Below, one piece after another: positions 23,347 to 30,368 of a stretch of DNA of 32,000 nucleotides; positions within the stretch are counted from its first letter, which is position 1, and the number at the start of each line of letters is the position of its first letter. A program made the position numbers and the translations under genes. Source of the DNA: Nostoc punctiforme PCC 73102. Lineage in GTDB: Bacteria; Cyanobacteriota; Cyanobacteriia; Cyanobacteriales; Nostocaceae. The DNA lies in NCBI RefSeq assembly GCF_000020025.1, contig NC_010628.1:5370001-5402000 (forward strand), read 5' to 3'. Under the pieces are notes generated by a model, which worked only from the letters and a program-made list of their open reading frames with translations, was not told where the DNA came from and searched no databases.

Positions 23347-23820
23347 ATGATTCGTCGTTCTTTATTAACTATTGCTTTGATAATTGTTGGTTCTGCTGCT
23401 CTTGCACCCAAAACAATGGCACAAACGGCTGATGTACCTTTTACAGCAAATGTCGGTGGTGTCTGCAACTTCGATCAAATCACCCCTGGTAAATTGGGAC
23501 TCAACCAACAGACTAACCCAACTTCACTAGCAGGAGGATATTCTGGAGGACAATTTGGTAAGGTTTTTGTTAGCTGTAACCAAGGTGCCAGAGTGAGTAT
23601 ATCTAAGCCACAGCAGACCGGAGGCCCTAGTTTTACACCCATTAACTCTGTTGGGATAATCAACTCACCTTTTGGCAGTACGAGTTCTCAGGGTGGTAGT
23701 CCTGTATCACTACCCTCTGGTAGCGGTTTGCCTTTGGATATAGACATGATAGTAGATAAGGGCAGTCCCCTTGTTCCTGGAAACTACAGCTATGTAACAA
23801 CATTGACTATCGTGCCATAG
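23347..23820 (+). CDS. Secreted fimbrial-subunit-like protein 2 (spore-coat-U/sigma-fimbria-like, one Cys pair)
   Basis: 157 aa. It has a 25-aa signal peptide (..APKTMA|QTADVPF), C40 and C77, and the C-terminus ..PGNYSYVTTLTIVP. GAAGGA lies upstream of the ATG. Confidence 0.65.
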   Translation: MIRRSLLTIALIIVGSAALAPKTMAQTADVPFTANVGGVCNFDQITPGKLGLNQQTNPTSLAGGYSGGQFGKVFVSCNQGARVSISKPQQTGGPSFTPINSVGIINSPFGSTSSQGGSPVSLPSGSGLPLDIDMIVDKGSPLVPGNYSYVTTLTIVP

Positions 23821-23871
23821 TCTAAAACTTTCCCAGTTTTCCTTCAATTTGGTTGAGAAAAATAGTTATTG

Positions 23872-23919
23872 AATATCTTGTCGCTAGAGAGTAAATCTTC
23901 AAGCGGCAAGATATTTTTC
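23872..23919 (+). terminator. Intrinsic-terminator-like hairpin between the subunit genes and the chaperone gene
   Basis: AATATCTTGTCGC-(18 nt)-GCGGCAAGATATT forms a 13-bp stem (one U-G pair) that runs into TTTTTCT. Confidence 0.5.
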
Positions 23920-23995
23920 TCATGACCGATAAATAAAATAAATCTCTTTTTGGGAACTATAAATCAGAAATTAACTTTACAATCCTGCCATAGTT

Positions 23996-24829
23996 ATGAA
24001 TATGCTCAAAAGTAATTGGCGCTCTCTAGCTGCTGTTAGTGCTGGCTTATTCGCCCTAGTTTTGTTTCCTGCTGCTGCTAAAGCACAAATGAGTGTTTCT
24101 CCGCTAGTGATTGAAGCCAAAGCGGAACGCGGACAAGCCCAAGGAATGATTACGATTTCCAATACTAGTAAAACCCCCTCTCGCATTCGCATCTATGCTG
24201 AACCTTTTACCTATAGCCGCGATGCAGGGTTTCAAACCTTATCCTCTAGTCCCAGTGACTTGACGAAATATCTGCAATTCTCACCGCGTGAATTGACTGT
24301 CAAACCAGGAGAAGTTCGCCGGGTACGCCTCATCAGTCGCTTGGCTCCTAATTTACCAGATGGCGAATATCGAGCGGTCGTATTTAATGAAACTCTTACT
24401 GAATCGAAAGATGCTGCTGGTAATAACATTACTTTAGTCGCACGAATTGGCGTGACATTCTATGTTAGAAAAGGCAATCTTTCTCCCCAACTAGCAATTG
24501 ATAGTGCCAGTTTTAACCCAGAGCAGAAACAGATTCAACTTTTAGTTCGTAATAGTGGCCAAGCAACTGTTCTCCCCAGTTTAAATTGGACGTTACGCCA
24601 AGGGCAAACTATTGTCAAAACTGGGCAGATAGATACTAATGCTGTAGTCGCAAATAGCGATCGCAATTTTTTATTAAATTACCCCAATAAAGACCAACCA
24701 GCCTTGAATCCTGGTCAATATCAGCTAAGTGGTGAGTTATTCTGGGGTGAAGACAATAATAAAAGTAAGTTGCCCTTCAATGTAAATATTACTATTCCTA
24801 GACAAACAGCTGCATCACAGAAAAAGTAG
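23996..24829 (+). CDS. Periplasmic PapD-like fimbrial chaperone candidate
   Basis: 277 aa. A signal peptide (..FPAAAKA|QMS) is followed by VSPLVIEAKAERGQAQGMITISNTSKTPSRIRIYAEPF, which has the strand pattern of chaperone N-terminal Ig domains. The size fits two Ig-like domains. The assignment is pattern-level only. Confidence 0.55.
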   Translation: MNMLKSNWRSLAAVSAGLFALVLFPAAAKAQMSVSPLVIEAKAERGQAQGMITISNTSKTPSRIRIYAEPFTYSRDAGFQTLSSSPSDLTKYLQFSPRELTVKPGEVRRVRLISRLAPNLPDGEYRAVVFNETLTESKDAAGNNITLVARIGVTFYVRKGNLSPQLAIDSASFNPEQKQIQLLVRNSGQATVLPSLNWTLRQGQTIVKTGQIDTNAVVANSDRNFLLNYPNKDQPALNPGQYQLSGELFWGEDNNKSKLPFNVNITIPRQTAASQKK

Positions 24830-24971
24830 CTTGTGTAATAATTCGTAATTCTTAATTAATAAATTCAGATTAAATCTGGCATCTTTAGTCTGATTTTGGA
24901 GAATTGGTATTACTGTAAAATACAGCATTAATATCGATAATTTTGTTTGGTACTTGGGAATTATATGTTGG

Positions 24972-25003
24972 TAGAGATGTTGCAATGCAATGTCTCTATT
25001 TCT
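24972..25003 (+). terminator. Hairpin (GTAGAGA..TCTCTA family) between the chaperone and usher-like genes
   Basis: TAGAGATGTTGC-AAT-GCAATGTCTCTA forms 12 bp including 2 G-U pairs and is followed by TTTCT. The 3-nt loop and its membership of a repeat family make its function uncertain. Confidence 0.3.
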
Positions 25004-25034
25004 ATAGGAAATTTTACAGAGAAGTTAAAAATTT

Positions 25035-27665
25035 GTGCAACTTTGGCTATTAACTAGTAGAGGCAAATGTCTGCTAGCTGCGATCGCTCTTATCTATCAA
25101 ATTATTATCACCCCAGCTAAGGCAGATACGCCTGCAATTTCCAATCTACAAACACCTACAAGTACCGAATTAGGAAAGGATTCAGACTTTAAAGTTTTTC
25201 CCATAGGATTGAATGTCGGCAACCGCAATGTCAATTCTAGCGTTTTGGTACGTGGTCAAGAAGATGGTTCCCAAGCAATTGATTTTCCAAATTGGCTGTT
25301 ACCTTATGATGCCGTCGTTCAAGGTTTGAAATTAAATGTCATCACTTTACCAGACGGTCAATTAGAAGTGCGATCGCTTAGTTTTGTGACTCGCATCAAC
25401 CCAACAAAACTTCGCACCGATCCAGAATTAGGATTAGTCTTTACAATTCAAGATTTACAAACTCTCTTTGGCGTAGGGGCAAAATTTGACATCAATGAAT
25501 ACGCCATTATTTTAGATGTTCCAGGAGTAGATCAATCCAGTGGCAAACTAGCAGAAACAGAAACTCCAATTCAACTAGAAGGATTACCACACATTACACC
25601 TAAAAAGTTTAGTGTTGCGGCAGTTGAACAGAAGGTAAATGCTAGCGGTGGTGCTACCAGATCGACAAGTTATAGAGGCGATTTTATTGCTGTTGGTAGT
25701 GCTTTGGGTGGTTCGTGGTTCATCCGCACCGATCAACCAAATTTACAAAATCCGCAAACTTGGAATATTGCTGAAGCGCAATTTTTGCGACAAACTAATT
25801 CATCTGATTATTTTGTGGGTTCCCAGCCAACTTTTTGGCAAACTCAAGGAACAGGAGACTATTGGGGGTTTACATCCATTCAACGACAGGGCTTTGTACC
25901 ACCTCAACCCTTTGGCGGTGGTTCTTCCGATCCTCGCCAACGTTTACAAGCAGATGCTATTGGACGCACAATTGCTGGTAAAGCTGAACCAGGTACATTA
26001 GTGCGCTTAGTACAAGGTTTTAGCGATCGCATAATTGCCGAAATTTTAGTTGATTCTTCTGGCATTTACCGCTTTGAAAATATTAAAAGTCAAAATCAAT
26101 TTTTGGCAAATAATTATCGCGTTTTGCTGTATCCCCAAGGGCGACTTACCGCCCAACCAGAAATTCAACAGGCTAATTTTTCTACAGTCCCAGGACAATT
26201 ACCAGCAGGTGCTTCAGGATTAATCGTTTCTGGCGGGTTACGACGGGATTCTTTGGGAAATCAAAGTCTGTTGGGCAACTTTTCTGAGTTTCGGGGAGGA
26301 ATTGCTGGACGTTGGGGTTTATCGGAAAATCTGACAGTAGGCTTAGGTGGAGTGTATGACGAATCGCCTAAAGCCTTAGCAGAATTATTTTGGCGTGCTA
26401 GAAACTTACCTTTGCAGGTAGCAGTTTCAGCACTGACGGGTAATAAGTGGGATGTGAATACAGATATTCGCTACGATCCAGCGTCTAACTTGAGTGCTAT
26501 ATTTACCAGCGATCGCTTATCTAGCCGTTTTAATCTAGATTGGCGAGTTTTGCCTCAATTCACTTTATTCGCCAGTAGTGACACGGGTGATGCGACATCT
26601 AGCGGAATGCAATTTAACTTGAGTGGCAAAGATGCCTTTACTTTTGCCCGTATCAGCCTAGATACTAAAAACCGTCTGCGCTGGAATTTGCTGCAACGTC
26701 TTGGAAAACTAGAATTAACGCAACGCGGTAACGAAATCAGCACTTTGTCGGAACTGAATTACAACTTATCTAAAAACCGCTTTTCTAGTAGTGGCAACTC
26801 ACTACTGTTAAATTATGAAACACAGAATCAAAATCGTAGCGACAGCTTGCTAAGTGTGAGTTGGCGCTATCGTTCACAACAACAGGCGATTGATGGTAGC
26901 TATCAGTGGGAAGCACAGTTAGGTTATGGCGTTGGTTCTCAGGGTAATGGAATACTAGCCACATTGTCAACAACAGTTTTACCCGGTTTGCTATTACGGG
27001 CACGTTATCAAGGTGTGTCGCCGAGTTCCGATGAAGCAACTTTCAGCATAGATTTAGCTTCTAGCCTGAATTTACAAGGAGGTATTAGTCCAGGCGATCG
27101 CCGTTCAAATTACTTCCGTACACAAGGCGGACTGTTGATTAAGCCATTTTTTGACCGGAACAATAATGGTAAACAGGATAGAGGCGAAGAAGTTTATACA
27201 GATAATGCTGATTTGTTATTGACTTTGAACAATAAACCTCTTAAGTCATTTTTGCCACAAATCCAGGGCAATCGCACTTTAGTAAGAATGCCTCCTGGTA
27301 TTTATCGCCTCGACCTCGATCCAGCAGGTTTACCCCCTGATTGGCAGCCTATGGTTGAGTCTACAGCCGTTGATGTAGTTGCTGGGAGTTATACCCCTGT
27401 GATGATTCCCTTAATTCGTTCTTACGCACGATCGGGGGTAGTCACGGATACTCAAGGTCAAGCGATCGCAGGCGCACGGGTAGAAGCCATACAACCAGAT
27501 CAAACAACTCGGCGTTTTTCTGTCACCAACGGGGCTGGAGTCTATTATTTAGAAGGCTTGTCACAGGGTAAATACACTCTGCAAATCAACGGTAAATCTG
27601 CTGGTAGCTTGAAATTAGAAGAGTCTTCTGAACCATTCCAAGAGCTTAATTTGCAACAGCCGTGA
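25035..27665 (+). CDS. Large secreted beta-rich outer-membrane protein, usher-like candidate with C-terminal Ig-like (SdrD-B-like and carboxypeptidase-regulatory-like) domains
   Basis: 876 aa with a GTG start and a signal peptide (..IITPAKA|DTP). The N-terminal region ..FPIGLNVGNRNVNSSVLVRGQEDGSQAIDFPNWLLPYDAVVQGLKLNV.. resembles the usher N-domain pattern. A long stretch of alternating beta-strand-like sequence follows. The C-terminus contains ..FFDRNNNGKQDRGEEVY.. and ..GVVTDTQGQAIAGARVEA..GAGVYYLEGLSQGKYTLQING... I am confident it is a CDS. The usher function is inference. Confidence 0.5.
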   Translation: MQLWLLTSRGKCLLAAIALIYQIIITPAKADTPAISNLQTPTSTELGKDSDFKVFPIGLNVGNRNVNSSVLVRGQEDGSQAIDFPNWLLPYDAVVQGLKLNVITLPDGQLEVRSLSFVTRINPTKLRTDPELGLVFTIQDLQTLFGVGAKFDINEYAIILDVPGVDQSSGKLAETETPIQLEGLPHITPKKFSVAAVEQKVNASGGATRSTSYRGDFIAVGSALGGSWFIRTDQPNLQNPQTWNIAEAQFLRQTNSSDYFVGSQPTFWQTQGTGDYWGFTSIQRQGFVPPQPFGGGSSDPRQRLQADAIGRTIAGKAEPGTLVRLVQGFSDRIIAEILVDSSGIYRFENIKSQNQFLANNYRVLLYPQGRLTAQPEIQQANFSTVPGQLPAGASGLIVSGGLRRDSLGNQSLLGNFSEFRGGIAGRWGLSENLTVGLGGVYDESPKALAELFWRARNLPLQVAVSALTGNKWDVNTDIRYDPASNLSAIFTSDRLSSRFNLDWRVLPQFTLFASSDTGDATSSGMQFNLSGKDAFTFARISLDTKNRLRWNLLQRLGKLELTQRGNEISTLSELNYNLSKNRFSSSGNSLLLNYETQNQNRSDSLLSVSWRYRSQQQAIDGSYQWEAQLGYGVGSQGNGILATLSTTVLPGLLLRARYQGVSPSSDEATFSIDLASSLNLQGGISPGDRRSNYFRTQGGLLIKPFFDRNNNGKQDRGEEVYTDNADLLLTLNNKPLKSFLPQIQGNRTLVRMPPGIYRLDLDPAGLPPDWQPMVESTAVDVVAGSYTPVMIPLIRSYARSGVVTDTQGQAIAGARVEAIQPDQTTRRFSVTNGAGVYYLEGLSQGKYTLQINGKSAGSLKLEESSEPFQELNLQQP

Positions 27666-27720
27666 AGTCGTTTTGCTCCAATTAAAAATTATTAATTCAA
27701 AATTTAAAAACTACACGAGA

Positions 27721-28629
27721 TTACTCTAACTCAGCGCTTCCCCGTCCTAACTGCACCACCTCAGATGATAGGTGTCGCTCCAACCAATTCTCTAAATCTG
27801 CCATTACCTCTCGATAATTGAGGTCACGCTGAATTTCATGATAGGCTTCTGGGTACTCAATTCTCAGCTTATCTGTATAATTTATCCGTTGATAAAAGAT
27901 GTCGCTTCCCGCAGGTAAAGCCACTCGGTCTGCACCACCGTGGAGAATCAATAATGGTAATTGCCAATCACCTGCTTTAGCATTAATCCAATCAACTGTT
28001 GCAAAGAATTCTGTAGCTAGACGGGCAGTACCAAGGGTATGTCGCAGTGTATCCTGAGCGATCGCAGCTAAAACCTGCGGGTCTCGTGAACCAGCACTGA
28101 TGTCAATGCCTGTATTCAATGTGAAACGCGGCCACACCCGTGAGAGCATTTTTCCTAAAAGCACCCGAATCGGTGAAATCCCAACTTTCCCCAAGGTTGG
28201 CGCGAGAGCGATCGCACCTTGCAAAACTGATGCTTGTTGGGGATAGCGCAGAATGTAATCTAAGACAATCACCCCGCCTAAGCTATGACCCAAAAGAAAA
28301 ATTGGGCAGCCAGGATTCTGAGTCTGAATTAACTGTAAAAAAGCTCCCAAATCTTCTCGAAACTCACTCCAAGCGTTGATATAGCCTCGCTGACCTGGTG
28401 AGCGTCCATGACCACGTAAGTCTAAGGCATAGACAGCATATTGTTTGGGAATCAAATGCTGAATTACATTACTGTAGCGATCGCTGTGGGCTCCGAGTCC
28501 ATGCACAATGGCTAATATTCCCCGTACTTTACCCTCTGGATGCCAGCTTTGATAATACAGGTCAAGTCCTCCAACACCTTGGAATGTGCCTTCTTTACGA
28601 GACGCGATGCGATCGCTATGGTCAATCAT
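27721..28629 (-). CDS. Alpha/beta hydrolase (lysophospholipase / monoacylglycerol-lipase-like)
   Basis: 302 aa. It has the oxyanion HG (..VHGLGAHSDRY..), the nucleophile elbow GHSLGG, the acid ..LHGGADRV.. and His ..AYHEIQRD... Confidence 0.85.
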   Translation of the reverse strand: MIDHSDRIASRKEGTFQGVGGLDLYYQSWHPEGKVRGILAIVHGLGAHSDRYSNVIQHLIPKQYAVYALDLRGHGRSPGQRGYINAWSEFREDLGAFLQLIQTQNPGCPIFLLGHSLGGVIVLDYILRYPQQASVLQGAIALAPTLGKVGISPIRVLLGKMLSRVWPRFTLNTGIDISAGSRDPQVLAAIAQDTLRHTLGTARLATEFFATVDWINAKAGDWQLPLLILHGGADRVALPAGSDIFYQRINYTDKLRIEYPEAYHEIQRDLNYREVMADLENWLERHLSSEVVQLGRGSAELE

Positions 28630-29059
28630 CTGGTTAATTTTTTAGGTATTGTCTCAGCAAGTTACTAACATGTCAACACTGTTTGTATAAAAATAGCTTC
28701 TGGCTATGGGAATAATTACAGCTAATTGAGTTACCCTGATGTATTTATTTAAAATATCGATAAGATCATTCCACAGCTTCTAACCGCGGGTTGGTTAATA
28801 ATATAACCTCAAGAATTATGATTGAATTCATGAATTCAAGGAGATTTTTATCAAAAATTCTTCTAAGGTATCTGTTCAGGAAGACCAAGCTGATGGGATA
28901 ATTTCCGAAGTTCATACCGATTCGAAATCTAGCCATCAGAGCCAAGATAGTACACAATTAGGAACTTTAACTGCTGCAAGTATAAAGCGGGTAAAAGAGG
29001 GTGTAGCTGCGGCTGGCGATCGCGCTGTTCGCCAGATTATCGAAAAAACCCTCAATCGC

Positions 29060-29857
29060 TTGGAAGGTGTTAATCAGGGGCATTCAGAACCTAGAGCCAA
29101 CTCTGGGCTGCGTCGTTTTGTGATGCGATCGCTCATCCATGCCTTTTTCAAGGTACGGGTCGAACACCTCGAAAGAATACCTCAGAAACCTGCAATTCTA
29201 GCTGTAAACCATCTCCACCATATCGATCCCTTACTCCTGTTAGCCGAACTCCCTACCCAACCCCACTATTACATCCTGGGCGATGCTCGTACTCTTTATA
29301 ACAAGTGGTGGAAGCGCTTCATCCTGGATTTTGCGGGGGGCGTGATTCCTTTGGAACGGGTGTGGAAAGAAGAAGTTGCTGTCATGGAAGCGGCTAAAGC
29401 AGGAAGGCAAGATTTTGTTGAGCTAGCTACAGCAATTAAACAGACAGTACCGACAGGGGAAGATATACACACACTCCGACAGATAGACCGGATTATCCTG
29501 GCAATTTTGGCTCGTGGAGATGGGATGATTCTCTTTCCCGAAGGACGACTGGGAACTGCTGAGGGTAAGTTGCATCTCCCTTTAAAACGCGGGACTGTGA
29601 TTTATGCCTTGCGGGCTGGTGTACCGATTATTCCAGTTGCACTGATTGGGACTCATGACCTCTATTTGGGAAAGGAGTTAACAATTCGGGTCGGTGAACC
29701 GTTACACTTTGCCCAAACAACCAGACCAAAGCGCCAGGAAGTAGAAGTAGCTTTGGAGAAGTTACAGAATGCGATGCTGGCTATGTTGCCAACTAACTAT
29801 CAAGAACCAACCGGAGCCAAACTGTTACGTTCTTTCCTCAATCACATGTTGTGGTGA
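29060..29857 (+). CDS. Lysophospholipid (1-acyl-sn-glycerol-3-phosphate) acyltransferase, PlsC family
   Basis: The HX4D motif is NHLHHIDP, and the FPEGRLG and ..VPIIPVAL.. blocks are present. The start is uncertain: TTG 29060 (ORF track), GTG 29120 or ATG 29123 are all in frame, and the frame is open upstream to 28826. Confidence 0.8.
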   Translation: MEGVNQGHSEPRANSGLRRFVMRSLIHAFFKVRVEHLERIPQKPAILAVNHLHHIDPLLLLAELPTQPHYYILGDARTLYNKWWKRFILDFAGGVIPLERVWKEEVAVMEAAKAGRQDFVELATAIKQTVPTGEDIHTLRQIDRIILAILARGDGMILFPEGRLGTAEGKLHLPLKRGTVIYALRAGVPIIPVALIGTHDLYLGKELTIRVGEPLHFAQTTRPKRQEVEVALEKLQNAMLAMLPTNYQEPTGAKLLRSFLNHMLW

Positions 29858-29861
29858 GAGT

Positions 29862-30158
29862 TTATTGCTCTAAAAAGTTAGTAACTTTGAAATTTGATGT
29901 TCCCTCCCAACAGTGGTTCAAAAACGCGTTTACCTGAGCATCTGCTGAGTCAATCGATTCTTTGGAAGCGTTAAATTGCACTGCTGTCACAATATACTCA
30001 AAGATAATTACAAACTGCTTTTGGAGTGAAATTCTTTCGACTATAATTGTTTCACCTATCTTAGGAATTTGAGGCACATTCACTAAAAATGTCTCAACTT
30101 TTGGTTTATCTAGTGGATTTTTGAAATTGAAGTATTTACAGTAAACAATAATTTTCAC
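29862..30158 (-). CDS. Hypothetical protein (weakly supported ORF)
   Basis: 98 aa with a GTG start, AT-rich, with no recognisable motif. It is convergent with the acyltransferase gene, and only 4 nt separate the two stop codons. Confidence 0.35.
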   Translation of the reverse strand: MKIIVYCKYFNFKNPLDKPKVETFLVNVPQIPKIGETIIVERISLQKQFVIIFEYIVTAVQFNASKESIDSADAQVNAFLNHCWEGTSNFKVTNFLEQ

Positions 30159-30278
30159 TTAGACAACCACCAATAACATCATAGATAATCAAAATTATCC
30201 TTTAATTTAAAAATTGTAAATATTATAATAGTTTATTAAAAATATCTACCAGCTTATACCAATCCTCAAAAATCAGGC

Positions 30279-30296
30279 TACAGATGTAAATCTGTA
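30279..30296 (-). terminator. Small hairpin downstream of the large hypothetical gene (weak terminator candidate)
   Basis: TACAGAT-GTAA-ATCTGTA forms a 7-bp stem. On the minus-strand transcript it is followed by gcctgaTTTTTg. Confidence 0.25.
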
Positions 30297-30368
30297 AACC
30301 AAAACGAAATTTGACAAGTTTACTATGTTAGCGAGACCTTGAGCCTCATTACGAATTACGAATTAGTG

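Noticed and set aside
25639-27039. ORFs 25639-26001 (+), 26555-26743 (-) and 26785-27039 (-)
   Set aside because: They are embedded in the 876-aa usher-like gene in other frames or on the other strand.
28766-28957. 63-aa minus-strand ORF between the hydrolase and acyltransferase genes
   Set aside because: It has no SD and an odd composition, and it overlaps the long open plus-strand frame that continues into the acyltransferase gene.
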